A DNA stretch of 64,000 nucleotides. Origin: a virus. Under the pieces are notes generated by a model. It had not been told where the DNA came from and did no database searches. It worked only from the letters and a program-made list of their open reading frames with translations. Where the stretch lies: positions 20,397 through 84,396 of the IMG/VR virus record IMGVR_UViG_3300037520_001276; one strand, written 5' to 3'. Shown here piece after piece: positions 18,762-28,393 of this stretch (its first letter is position 1; every line of letters begins with the position of its first letter). A program made the translations under genes and the position numbers.

Positions 18762-18788
18762 TATATTTTTTTTGATATTCCTAGCATG

Positions 18789-21236
18789 TTATTTTAATAA
18801 AAATCCAAGTTCATACACTAAAGGTCTCATTTCATTATCCAAGTTACTTAGAAGGGATTCAAATACACGTTTTTCGTTTTCGGTGAATAACCTTTTTAGT
18901 TGTATGTACCCAATATCCCACCCTTCTTCTGAAATTCTATCAACATATTTAGAGTAGAGTTTAAAATACTCTCTCAAAATATTTTGACATGGTTCGGGTA
19001 ATTTATCGAACATACCATCATTGTACAATATGTTTGCAACATACCTATCATTTGAAATTTCAAAATCGTTATAAACTGAAATTGTAGCATTTTCATTAAT
19101 TTTTTTCCCTATATGTTTTTTTGTGAAGGGGAAAAATTGATTTTTTACACGATAGTTATTACCACCATACTCTTTAGTCAACCAAGCGGTTTGATTTGAG
19201 CTTTCAGAAAACATTGATTTTACAATTGACATAAAATAAAAACTTTCATACTGTTCGTGATTTTTGTTGGGATTTAAGTATTCATCTTGGTCATTTAACC
19301 AATTTAGTCTTATCAATTTTCTGGCCGAGAACATCATAACAGCCTCTTTAAACCCATCTTTATCAAAAGAGATTCCGTTAGAAGATGCAAATGGCATTGT
19401 ATACAAACCAACCATTTGACTATTGTATTGGACCTTGTTTGAGTTGTTATGTAAAAATCCGATAAAATTTGTTTTAACTGTATCCTTTCTAACACCTTCA
19501 ATCGGAACATCAAAACCATTGATAGTTGGAACAAAAATTTCAGTATCTTTTTTATTAATCCACCCTTGTTTTAACCAATCTTTAGCGGATTTCTTACTGT
19601 CAGTATTGTAAAAACTTTTTTCACCAATTTTTACCACGTCAAGACCTTGCCTCTCCAAAATGTCAAATGTAAAATTTTGTGAATCATCCTCAACTCCACA
19701 TTCGAAAATCGCAAAAATAAGTGGCCAAGTTTTAACACCCGAAAATTCTTTAGCATTAAACACAAAACCTTTTATGAATTTGTGAGTTTTGGACATATAT
19801 GTCCTTAGTGATTGGTAATCAGGGCCTGTGAAAAAAATTGGTTTGAAGAAATATGCGATGTGAACTTTTTTACCCGTTTTTTTATGGAGGTCTATGTCTT
19901 GAAATAAGAATTGTGCGAATAGTTGGTCTGAACAAGAACCCAAACCTTCTTGTTTCATCAAACCTTTTACAATGGTATCTGATATACCTTCTTTACTTGA
20001 TGAACCAAAATTTGTGGAGGTACCATAAGGTGGATTCTGTAAACTTATAACTTCATCACAATTATTAATAAAATCATTAATCATTTTAGGAAGGTATTGG
20101 TTAGATGTTGATAATCTATCAAAATCTAAGACATTAGAACCTTGATTCAACCCCCCCTGTAATATTGTATCTGAGTCTGATTTTTCTAAAGTAGTCTGTA
20201 GTAGTTTAGAATAAGAACGATCTCTTGTTAGATTACCGGTGCCGGCACTTGCATCCCAAACACCAAAAAAAGTATTTTGACGAAACGAAGGAAAAATAGA
20301 CTCTAAATATTCATTCGCACACTCAGCCCAAACCTCACGAGTATAAAAAGCACCATTCCTTCTACGTTCAGCATCTTCAATTAAGGTATCTTGCGTGGAA
20401 ATGATTTTCTTTTTTTCGGTGTTTGTAAAATTTTGGACATCAAACCCGTTCATTAGATAACCGAAGGTTTTTACATCTACTTTAATCTTATTGTTACCAA
20501 AACTTTCTGTAATTAAAACACCGCCTTCACGGTCTTTATTTATTTTATTACTTGTAGGGTTTGTAAATAATTGTACAAACAAATTTACCGAATCGTTAGA
20601 TTTCATTTTAGTTTTTAAAACTTCTTCTTCCCAATAATCAAAGGCTTTTTTAATTTTATTTGCGGTTACAGGTCTTTTTTGGATAGCACCTGTACAATAA
20701 TTAATAACTTCTTTATATATAATAGGTAGTGAGTGTTCTGTGATTTTATGATATTGTGGTAATAGATCACCCGATTCCAAACAAATTAAGAGGTTTTCAT
20801 ATAATGTCGGTAGTTTTGTATATGCATCATGAGCTGAGCTTACAGACCAATCAACATCTAAAGCTAAAAACTGTATCAATTGATTTGTATGAAAAAAAAC
20901 AAATTCATCTTTATCTACGATAGCAACAACTTTAGGTGTTTTAAGGTTACTACTTTCATCCATTCGTTTTAAATAAATTAAAGTTTGACATAACTTTTTA
21001 GCCAAATTCGAGTCATTATTTAAATTTGTTTGGAGTTTGAATTCAAAAAGAATACTTATGTATTTTGGGTCTCCGAGTTTTGCATCATTATATAATACAC
21101 CGTCATTTCTAACTTCTCGTTTAAATATTAGATTAGAATTAATTCTTTTAAAATACTCAATAATGCCTTGTTGTACAACTGTTTCATCATTTGCAACGTA
21201 TAATTGATTGATAGTATTACCTGTAATTGTTCCCAT
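18789..21236 (-). CDS. Fused restriction endonuclease / N6-adenine methyltransferase (type IIG-like)
   Basis: N-terminal NDG...FEFK...QTLIY nuclease motifs; GAFYT, VWDASAGTGNL (motif I) and NPPYG (motif IV); long C-terminal region, possibly the target recognition domain. Confidence 0.8.
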   Translation of the reverse strand: MGTITGNTINQLYVANDETVVQQGIIEYFKRINSNLIFKREVRNDGVLYNDAKLGDPKYISILFEFKLQTNLNNDSNLAKKLCQTLIYLKRMDESSNLKTPKVVAIVDKDEFVFFHTNQLIQFLALDVDWSVSSAHDAYTKLPTLYENLLICLESGDLLPQYHKITEHSLPIIYKEVINYCTGAIQKRPVTANKIKKAFDYWEEEVLKTKMKSNDSVNLFVQLFTNPTSNKINKDREGGVLITESFGNNKIKVDVKTFGYLMNGFDVQNFTNTEKKKIISTQDTLIEDAERRRNGAFYTREVWAECANEYLESIFPSFRQNTFFGVWDASAGTGNLTRDRSYSKLLQTTLEKSDSDTILQGGLNQGSNVLDFDRLSTSNQYLPKMINDFINNCDEVISLQNPPYGTSTNFGSSSKEGISDTIVKGLMKQEGLGSCSDQLFAQFLFQDIDLHKKTGKKVHIAYFFKPIFFTGPDYQSLRTYMSKTHKFIKGFVFNAKEFSGVKTWPLIFAIFECGVEDDSQNFTFDILERQGLDVVKIGEKSFYNTDSKKSAKDWLKQGWINKKDTEIFVPTINGFDVPIEGVRKDTVKTNFIGFLHNNSNKVQYNSQMVGLYTMPFASSNGISFDKDGFKEAVMMFSARKLIRLNWLNDQDEYLNPNKNHEQYESFYFMSIVKSMFSESSNQTAWLTKEYGGNNYRVKNQFFPFTKKHIGKKINENATISVYNDFEISNDRYVANILYNDGMFDKLPEPCQNILREYFKLYSKYVDRISEEGWDIGYIQLKRLFTENEKRVFESLLSNLDNEMRPLVYELGFLLK

Positions 21237-21248
21237 GTCTATATTATT

Positions 21249-21272
21249 ATAAATATTATTTTTACAAATATA
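21249..21272 (-). promoter_or_regulatory. Host-type TATATTTG element plus TATTTAT upstream of the R-M gene
   Basis: caaatata at 21265-21272; ataaata at 21249-21255. Confidence 0.55.
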
Positions 21273-21300
21273 CGAACAATATTTAATATAGTTTCACTTT

Positions 21301-23634
21301 TTACTGAAAAACTTTTGAAATATTGTCTTCTTTTGAAATTCTTATTGTGTTGTCACTCCAGGCGTTAACTATCGGATTGTGACTTATTAGTAAAATAGTT
21401 GGGAAAAAGTCTTTAATACCCATAAAGAAATTATGAACCATTTCTAAGTTTTCATTTGATATTTTCCCAAATACTTCATCAAAAACAATCAAGTTTGGTT
21501 TTGGTAAACTACATATCTTACTCAATACTGAACGTAACGCTAATGATGCAATTGTGCGTTCATATCCACTTCCTGATGACATTAGTTTTTCAACCCCCGT
21601 TCCATTATCGATCATACTAAACTCAACCTCATTTTTATCATTAATTTGAATTTGAAGTTTAAAGTACGCACTTTCCTCCATCAATCTCTGAAGTTCTGAG
21701 TTAATTAACGGGATCATTGTTTTCATTATGATTTTAGAAATTCCGTTTTTACCGTAAGCCTCCAAATATATCTTATAGATCCTTTCTTTTTCTTCCTCTT
21801 CAGTAATTTTAATGATGTTATTCAAGTTTGTTTTGATTTTCTCTTCTAACGTTTTAATTGAATACTCATCACCATTAATTTGATTTTGTTTTTGTGTCTT
21901 TTGTCTGTCAAGTTCTTCCAATCTCATGTTTGCTTTAATCAACATGGTGTCAACATGTTCATTTGCCTTGATTTTATCCAACATCTTATCATATTCCGTA
22001 AGTTTTGTTTGAAGTCCCCCTATTTTTAGTTGGTAGTTTTCAATTGTTGCTTCGTGTTTTTCTTTGATAAGTTTGTTTTTTTCATATTCATCAAATTGTC
22101 TTTTAATATCAACAAATCCCTTATCTTTGCCTGTTAAAACAGTCATTAACCCCTCTTTTTCCTCTTTTTGCCTAATATAACCATCAAGTTCGGATATTTT
22201 TTGTTGTGTAATACTAGCATTCATCAAGTCAATTCCACAGTGTTCACATTTGATCCCACCTTTTACTTCAGACTTTAATTTTTCAATCTCTGAGATTTTT
22301 GTGTCTAACTGAACTTTCTCTTTAAATGCAACATTATATTCTTCTTTTACTTTGTCGTGTTCATCCTCTTTGTAGTATTCTTTTGGTTCAACGACGTTAA
22401 GTTCATTAAGTTTTAATTTTGTTTGTTCAATTTGAAACTCGTGTCCTTCAATTTCTTGTTTTACCTGACTTGGGTTTAATCTACTTAATTCAACATCAAT
22501 ATCTGTATGTTTTTTAGACATCATGTCATCACGGTAGTCCTTACCTTTAACAATATTTTCTTCTATTGTTTTTAGTTCGGTTTTATATGTTTCAATATTA
22601 GACTTCAGTTCAGTTATTTTTGTTTCATTATTTTCATTATCAGTTTTTAACTGTTCCGTGTTATAGATGTTTGACAACATTGATTTAGAAAAGTCTGAGT
22701 ATATTGATTTTGCAACATCTTCTTTTCTTCTTAAAAAATCAAGGCCCATAAATCTTGAAAGTACCTGACCTCTTGCTGTTGGTTTTGAATCAATTAGTTC
22801 TTCAAGATTTGTTGCGGTTGTAAGTATTGTCATTAAGAAATCTTCTTTTGTTCCAATAGATTCTTTGATGAACTTTTCGGTTTCTCTTCTTTGTTCTCCT
22901 GTAAAGTTTTGAAGTGTTCCGTCAGATAGTTTTTTAAAAAAGTCTAATTCGGTTTTAACATTCCATTCACCCTTTTTAGACATTTTTCTTTCAATATTTC
23001 TAACAATAATATATTCTTCACCATCAATAACAATTTCACCTTTTACGGTTACTTTATCTTTATCTGTAAATCTATTGAATATCTCTTCGGCTTTTGTTGT
23101 TTTTGTTGTTTCATTAAAGAATAAAAACAATAATAGATCCACTGACAAGACAGTTTTTCCTCCGAAGTTCGGTGGGTTTGATTCAATAACTGTTAGTCCT
23201 CCCGTTTTTTCAAAATCCACTTTTTGATTTTCACCGTATGATAGGAAATTAGAAAACTCAATATTTTTAATAAACCATTTTTTAAATACCGCAGTTTCTG
23301 TTTCGGTTTCTTGCATTTTATTTTCAACCATTTTATTATGGTTCAAAATTGCGTCCAAATGCTTGTCGTAGTTTTTACTTGTTAGAAACTGTCTAAGTAA
23401 CTCAACTTGGTAGTTTGTGTCCATGATATTCACAGACACATCTACTGTTTGCTCACCCTCTTCTTTTTCAATTTTAGCCTTTGTTATTACATTGACGTTT
23501 GTTGTGTTATACTTTTTTTGAAAGTAATGTTTAACACTTTTGATTTTGTCTTGGGTGAAATTTTCATTATAATCTTCCCATACCACTTGAATAGTTGGGT
23601 TGTCAAACTTTGAAAATTCTATATCTTTTGTCAT
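21301..23634 (-). CDS. sbcC: SbcC/Rad50/gp46-like recombination ATPase
   Basis: IEFSNFLSYG, PPNFGGKT Walker A variant, CEHC zinc hook, SGSGYE signature, FDEVF Walker B and LISH; likely start at ATG 23634. Confidence 0.92.
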   Translation of the reverse strand: MTKDIEFSKFDNPTIQVVWEDYNENFTQDKIKSVKHYFQKKYNTTNVNVITKAKIEKEEGEQTVDVSVNIMDTNYQVELLRQFLTSKNYDKHLDAILNHNKMVENKMQETETETAVFKKWFIKNIEFSNFLSYGENQKVDFEKTGGLTVIESNPPNFGGKTVLSVDLLLFLFFNETTKTTKAEEIFNRFTDKDKVTVKGEIVIDGEEYIIVRNIERKMSKKGEWNVKTELDFFKKLSDGTLQNFTGEQRRETEKFIKESIGTKEDFLMTILTTATNLEELIDSKPTARGQVLSRFMGLDFLRRKEDVAKSIYSDFSKSMLSNIYNTEQLKTDNENNETKITELKSNIETYKTELKTIEENIVKGKDYRDDMMSKKHTDIDVELSRLNPSQVKQEIEGHEFQIEQTKLKLNELNVVEPKEYYKEDEHDKVKEEYNVAFKEKVQLDTKISEIEKLKSEVKGGIKCEHCGIDLMNASITQQKISELDGYIRQKEEKEGLMTVLTGKDKGFVDIKRQFDEYEKNKLIKEKHEATIENYQLKIGGLQTKLTEYDKMLDKIKANEHVDTMLIKANMRLEELDRQKTQKQNQINGDEYSIKTLEEKIKTNLNNIIKITEEEEKERIYKIYLEAYGKNGISKIIMKTMIPLINSELQRLMEESAYFKLQIQINDKNEVEFSMIDNGTGVEKLMSSGSGYERTIASLALRSVLSKICSLPKPNLIVFDEVFGKISNENLEMVHNFFMGIKDFFPTILLISHNPIVNAWSDNTIRISKEDNISKVFQ

Positions 23635-23644
23635 GATATTATAA

Positions 23645-23896
23645 TTAAACGGTCTGATCTCCTGAAATAGGTTCTGTTGATTCGGATTCTTCTTGTATTG
23701 TTTCTTTCTCATCTTCTAATAATCCAGTTAATCCCGACATAGTGTCTCCTGACATTGATGCAAATTTCTCTTTCATTGCATTCATTTGTTCTTCAAAAGC
23801 CTCTTGCCAAACTTTTTGCATTCTTTTTTCTTGTACTTTCATGTTAGCATTTCTTTTTGCTACTTTTGCTCTGTGTGCTTTTGCCGCCTTTCCCAT
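23645..23896 (-). CDS. Hypothetical protein (basic N-terminus, acidic C-terminus)
   Basis: 83-aa ORF. Confidence 0.7.
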   Translation of the reverse strand: MGKAAKAHRAKVAKRNANMKVQEKRMQKVWQEAFEEQMNAMKEKFASMSGDTMSGLTGLLEDEKETIQEESESTEPISGDQTV

Positions 23897-23945
23897 TATT
23901 AGTTATTATTAGTTATTATTAGTTATTATTACTTGTTATTACTTG
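23896..23945. repeat. 10-bp tandem repeat (AGTTATTATT)x3 plus degenerate copies
   Basis: Fills the intergenic space directly upstream of ATG 23896. Confidence 0.85.
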
Positions 23946-24279
23946 GTCTATTTTCTTCAAACCACTCTATTATTGCGTTTATTGCCCATACCAATCCGGC
24001 AGATAACATCCCGTCAAAGAATACGGATAAAATTTTATTAAGTCCAATCAAATCCGCATTTGGCGAAAAATACGCTAATGATAAAAAGAAACCGACCCAT
24101 GTTGATGTGCATAAAACACAGGAAATAAGGCCAGATAGGAATTTACCTAAAAAGTTAAATGGAGATAATGGGTTATTACCCCAATTGTGTATGGATTGTC
24201 TTAATCCACCGAATATTGATCCATAGACCAATATGTTTGTCATTCCGTAGGCAACCATTGCCCAAATTACTAAATTCAT
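23929..24279 (-). CDS. DUF1360-like membrane protein
   Basis: LISCVLCTSTWVG motif within TM segments. Confidence 0.65.
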   Translation of the reverse strand: MNLVIWAMVAYGMTNILVYGSIFGGLRQSIHNWGNNPLSPFNFLGKFLSGLISCVLCTSTWVGFFLSLAYFSPNADLIGLNKILSVFFDGMLSAGLVWAINAIIEWFEENRPSNNK

Positions 24280-24280
24280 A

Positions 24281-24916
24281 TTATTTATATAAGTTATCGT
24301 TTAGGTTAGAACTTCCATGAAACCTGGCAGGGGTATCTCCAACTTGTTTTGGTTGTTCTAACAATTTTTTTTCTAATTCTTCAATTTTCTTTTTTAATTC
24401 CCTTATTTCTGTGTTAAGGTTTTGTATTGTCTGTTGTAACATTTTTGTTTTATTATCGTCTACGTTAATGTCTAAATTACGTCTAAGTTCATCTAAAGTT
24501 TGACTAAGTTTAGATATTTCTTCATCTTTTTTAGTTATAGTTTCATTAAGGTCATTTTCTGTGTTTTTGTCACCAATATATTCTATTTTTGTGACAATCT
24601 TTTCTACAGGTACCTCTTTAATAACTTCAACAATCTTTTCAACTTCCTTGATTACTTCAACCGGTACTTCCACCCGTATTTCACGGATTACCTCAATTTC
24701 TACCTGTTTTTCACCAACAATACCCGTTTTTAAGTCTTTTTCATCTTCATTAAGTGTTTTTCCCAAAAGTCCGTACTTTTCTATATTAAACCCCGACTGA
24801 AAACATTTTTTAATAAACCCATCAACATCTTCAATATTATTGAGTTTACAATATTCAGATACTGATTTCAATATGGTTTTATTAAATATTTCTGAGTACT
24901 TCAGTTCCATTTTCAA
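24281..24916 (-). CDS. Coiled-coil protein with alveolin/articulin-like VEVPV repeats
   Basis: EVIREIRVEVPVEVIKEVEKIVEVIKEVPVEKIV. Confidence 0.75.
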   Translation of the reverse strand: MKMELKYSEIFNKTILKSVSEYCKLNNIEDVDGFIKKCFQSGFNIEKYGLLGKTLNEDEKDLKTGIVGEKQVEIEVIREIRVEVPVEVIKEVEKIVEVIKEVPVEKIVTKIEYIGDKNTENDLNETITKKDEEISKLSQTLDELRRNLDINVDDNKTKMLQQTIQNLNTEIRELKKKIEELEKKLLEQPKQVGDTPARFHGSSNLNDNLYK

Positions 24917-25661
24917 TATCAGAAAAAGATTTTATTGAAAACTTTAAAAACGGTTTTGGGTTTTCAAGGTCCGTATAGGTATATTCTTTAGTTCCGAAAT
25001 CATAAGTTCCGAAACCGTGATTTCGGATACTCTCTCCGATGTTCTGTTGAATTGGTGATCCGATCATATACCCTTTACCGGTCTTGAAACTAAATTCCTG
25101 TCTTTTGTGAATATCTCCACATAAAACAATATCTAACCCATCAAACTTTTCAACATCATACGCGTGGTCTCCAAAGTCATAACCTAAGTCCGTAGTCATA
25201 CCTTGTATTGGTCCATGAAATAAACCTACCTTTATTCCTTTTGCTTCACTAATTTCAGGAGGAATATTTCCTTGATACTGAGAATAAACACACCAACTAA
25301 CATTATCATCTTCATAAACACCTCTGTCTTTGTAATAGACAATGTTTTTGTTATTTAATGAGTCGATAATCGGAGATAATGCGTCTAACCTATCAATATT
25401 ATTCACTAAAAAGTCGTGATTACCAGGAATTAGAATGGTTTTTGTAATATTCGCACATTCAGTTAAAATCCAAGCAACAAACTCAATAAGTTCAGGAGTC
25501 ATTTGATTTTTAGAGTGAACTAAATCACCGGTAAAGACAATACGGTCAGGTTTAATTTCTTTCCATTGGTTGATTGCATTCTCTAATATCTTTCGGTATT
25601 GGTCGTGATCTTTAAATAGTTTTACGTGAAGATCAGAAAAGTGTATTAATTTTTTAATCAT
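24882..25661 (-). CDS. sbcD: SbcD/Mre11/gp47-like metallophosphoesterase nuclease
   Basis: SDLH, TGDL, PGNHD, FHG and GDIH motifs; close to sbcC. Confidence 0.9.
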   Translation of the reverse strand: MIKKLIHFSDLHVKLFKDHDQYRKILENAINQWKEIKPDRIVFTGDLVHSKNQMTPELIEFVAWILTECANITKTILIPGNHDFLVNNIDRLDALSPIIDSLNNKNIVYYKDRGVYEDDNVSWCVYSQYQGNIPPEISEAKGIKVGLFHGPIQGMTTDLGYDFGDHAYDVEKFDGLDIVLCGDIHKRQEFSFKTGKGYMIGSPIQQNIGESIRNHGFGTYDFGTKEYTYTDLENPKPFLKFSIKSFSDIENGTEVLRNI

Positions 25662-25897
25662 TACATTACAATTTTTGGTGGTCTTCCTAAATCATCATAT
25701 CCATCATCTTTGAATGGATTTGGTGGTATTGGTGCTGGTTCAAAAGTAGGTACATTAATTTTTGGATTTGAAAAAAACGGGTCAACGTCTTTAACTTCCA
25801 GCATTTTATCAACAATTGGTAGAATATCTACATTTTCATCATTGAATTTACCGTGTAAATAACCTTCTAACCAAATATAAAATTCTTTATGTGTCAT
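25661..25897 (-). CDS. Hypothetical protein
   Basis: 78 aa; EFYIWLEGY start typical of small phage proteins. Confidence 0.7.
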   Translation of the reverse strand: MTHKEFYIWLEGYLHGKFNDENVDILPIVDKMLEVKDVDPFFSNPKINVPTFEPAPIPPNPFKDDGYDDLGRPPKIVM

Positions 25898-25899
25898 AA

Positions 25900-26100
25900 T
25901 TAATCCTCCTCAATACTAAAATCATATTCATCTTCGTCTTGGATTTTATCCCACTCCAATTCTTGATCTCCTCTGAAATCAACTTCTTCATAAAACTTCT
26001 CTTCATCTTCTTCAAAAAGTTTTACTTCTTCATCCGTTAACTCGGCCGAATATTTACAAATTGTTGTGTAAGATTCAAACCATACTAATTTTTTTCCCAT
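25900..26100 (-). CDS. Acidic small protein
   Basis: 66 aa, very rich in D/E. Confidence 0.7.
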   Translation of the reverse strand: MGKKLVWFESYTTICKYSAELTDEEVKLFEEDEEKFYEEVDFRGDQELEWDKIQDEDEYDFSIEED

Positions 26101-26104
26101 AATT

Positions 26105-26251
26105 TTATATTAATTCACGATTATAAAGATTTGCTAAAATAATTCTAGCAAACTTAAATTCTTTAGATCTGTTCAATTTTAATCCATAAGCAAGAGCAAC
26201 ACTTCTAAGGTGAGGATACGCTTCACTTATTGTCATTTTACCTATTTCCAT
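26105..26251 (-). CDS. 48-aa hypothetical protein (MEIGKMTISEAYPHLRS...)
   Basis: Fills the gap and is coupled to the upstream stop codon; not in the track. Confidence 0.65.
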   Translation of the reverse strand: MEIGKMTISEAYPHLRSVALAYGLKLNRSKEFKFARIILANLYNRELI

Positions 26252-26466
26252 TACTTATCAAATAATTTAAAATCTTCATTTACATTTCCACAATCATTAC
26301 ACATATAAGTTGGGAACGGTACAATAGTGTCTTCAGGACTACCTGTTAATAGTTTAGGTACTTTTTTCAATATTGTAACTTCTTTAAAGTATGTTGATTT
26401 ACATTTTTCACAATCAATGGTTGGTTGATCTCTTAGATTGATTTTTGGTTTGATGATTTCTTCCAT
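26251..26466 (-). CDS. Zinc-ribbon small protein
   Basis: CEKC...CNDCG. Confidence 0.8.
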   Translation of the reverse strand: MEEIIKPKINLRDQPTIDCEKCKSTYFKEVTILKKVPKLLTGSPEDTIVPFPTYMCNDCGNVNEDFKLFDK

Positions 26467-26552
26467 TTTGTTTTATATTTTACTTTTATTTTTCCTACTT
26501 CTTTATCCCAAGTGGTATTATACCACCACCTAATTGTTAATTCTGGTTTCAT
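26433..26552 (-). CDS. Possible 39-aa basic peptide (MKPELTIRWWYNTTWDK...)
   Basis: Open frame filling the gap, overlapping the next gene. Confidence 0.4.
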   Translation of the reverse strand: MKPELTIRWWYNTTWDKEVGKIKVKYKTKWKKSSNQKSI

Positions 26553-26565
26553 ATTAAATTATAAT

Positions 26566-27432
26566 TTATTTTTTTAATGTTGTCAAACGTTCTTTAATAT
26601 CCATGTTTATTATCTCATCAATTACCTTTCTTTCTACCCTATATTCAGTAAAATCTTGTTCTTCTGTTAAGTGAACAATCACACAACCATAAAACCCAAT
26701 ACCCTCATATTTTGTTCCTTCCAACATTTTTAATAACACCTTTCCATATAGTGGTAATTGTGTGTTGTAGTGACCAAGAGCGGTATTTGGTAGGTATTTA
26801 AATGGTTCTTTCATCGGTTTTGTGTAGTCGTTAGATTCCATGTTTTTCTTTTTATTGGTTTTCCAATCGGTTATAACAATACCAAACCCGGTTTTTTGTT
26901 TATTAAACATTAACCAAACTTTATCAGGTTGGCCTGTGTATCCTAACTCAGGATGACCTAAAACTATCTCCGTGTCTAATAGAACCGCACCCCTTTCTTC
27001 CATGAGTTTCAAAAACTTATAGCCAGCTTTGATCATTCTATCACCTTTCATAATCATTTCCATATCACATTCATAGAGTGGTTGTCTAACCTCTTTTTTG
27101 ATTCCATGTCTTTTGATTGTTTCAATCTCCAATTCATAATGGACTCTACTTCCCATATTGGTTGATATTCTACCAGCCTCTTCCCATTCTGCGAGCAGTG
27201 TTTGCATAACGTATGGGTCTCCTTTTGCCTTATTTCTTGCCGCTTCTTCAGTGGGAAAATCATCATAAAATAACTTCATTACTTTTGATACGGACGGAAA
27301 ATCATCTCTGATTGTTCCATCAATATCTTTCATGGTGTATCTATGTTTATCTTCTTCAAAAGTTAATTCTAACTCTTTTTGTCTTTCTGATAAGATATCT
27401 CGTATTTCTTTTGCTATTTCTTTTAAATTCAT
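26566..27432 (-). CDS. PD-(D/E)XK RecB/Cas4-like exonuclease
   Basis: PSVS, GSRVH, GQPD, TDWKT and QLPLY motifs. Confidence 0.88.
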   Translation of the reverse strand: MNLKEIAKEIRDILSERQKELELTFEEDKHRYTMKDIDGTIRDDFPSVSKVMKLFYDDFPTEEAARNKAKGDPYVMQTLLAEWEEAGRISTNMGSRVHYELEIETIKRHGIKKEVRQPLYECDMEMIMKGDRMIKAGYKFLKLMEERGAVLLDTEIVLGHPELGYTGQPDKVWLMFNKQKTGFGIVITDWKTNKKKNMESNDYTKPMKEPFKYLPNTALGHYNTQLPLYGKVLLKMLEGTKYEGIGFYGCVIVHLTEEQDFTEYRVERKVIDEIINMDIKERLTTLKK

Positions 27433-28349
27433 TCTTTTTCTTCTACTATATATTCGTTTATTTGACCTCTTAGGTCACAAACGTCTTTATCTTTTGGTAG
27501 TTTCATCAACTTAACCCTACCATAAAGTTTTCCTCCGTTTAATTTGTCATAAATGTTTTTAGCATCTGTAAACGCATCTCCATCAAGACAAACAATAATG
27601 TCTTTTTTTGCCTTTTCGTAAAGTTTTTCCCATAAATTATCATTAACATATTTACCTAACAATGCAATTGAATTGTCTAAAAAGAAAGAATCAAACACAC
27701 CCTCAACAAGGTATATATCTTTTTTCCAATCAATTAAACTTTCGTTAAATATAAGAAAGTCTTTTGCCGCTTCAGGGTTTTTGTATTTTAACTTTGATCT
27801 TGGGTTCCATGATCTTGATACAAAAAAGTTTAGATCTCCTTTTTTATTAAATGACGGAACAATAATACGACCAGCATACTCACCTTCAATACAAAGACCA
27901 ATATTATACTTATCTATTGTTTCTTGAGTTATACCTCTTTTTTTAAGGTAATTAAACGCCTCTTTTCTTGGTACGTGTAATGGGTGTATTTCCTCAAACT
28001 TTTTATATTCTTTTGGTAATTCTAACTCTTTATATACTTTTTGTTTTTTTTCTACCTTATCCGGTCTGATGAGGTTATAGGTTTTTTTGTCTTTTTTTGA
28101 ACCAAATTGTTCAATTAGTCTACCTAAATGTCCATGTGTGTCGTGTGTTTCAGAGCACGCCCAACATTTATAAACATGGTTAATATAATTTATTTCTAAA
28201 TTTCCCTTACCATCGGTTTTTGATAAACCTTTTATCTCATAGGAACAAACGGGACAGTCAACAGATATTTGACCACTATATTCATTTACGTTTTTCGGTT
28301 CACCAAAAATATTCTCGATAAGGTCAACTAATAGTGACTCTTCTTTCAT
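27429..28349 (-). CDS. dnaG: DNA primase
   Basis: Zinc motif CPVC...CWAC; YLKKRGI; TOPRIM VEGVFD and LDGDA. Confidence 0.92.
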   Translation of the reverse strand: MKEESLLVDLIENIFGEPKNVNEYSGQISVDCPVCSYEIKGLSKTDGKGNLEINYINHVYKCWACSETHDTHGHLGRLIEQFGSKKDKKTYNLIRPDKVEKKQKVYKELELPKEYKKFEEIHPLHVPRKEAFNYLKKRGITQETIDKYNIGLCIEGEYAGRIIVPSFNKKGDLNFFVSRSWNPRSKLKYKNPEAAKDFLIFNESLIDWKKDIYLVEGVFDSFFLDNSIALLGKYVNDNLWEKLYEKAKKDIIVCLDGDAFTDAKNIYDKLNGGKLYGRVKLMKLPKDKDVCDLRGQINEYIVEEKE

Positions 28350-28393
28350 ACATAAAAGATAAGAAATAAGGGTGAATAGTCAAACAGAATATA

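Noticed and set aside
8226-23712. ORF-track starts at 8226, 9928, 18787 and 23712
   Set aside because: The extensions overlap terminators, promoters or adjacent genes; downstream ATGs (8250, 9871, 18730, 23634) fit better
26566-27432. Cas4-like nuclease as part of a CRISPR system
   Set aside because: No Fe-S cysteine cluster, array or cas1; it sits with primase and RuvC as a replication exonuclease
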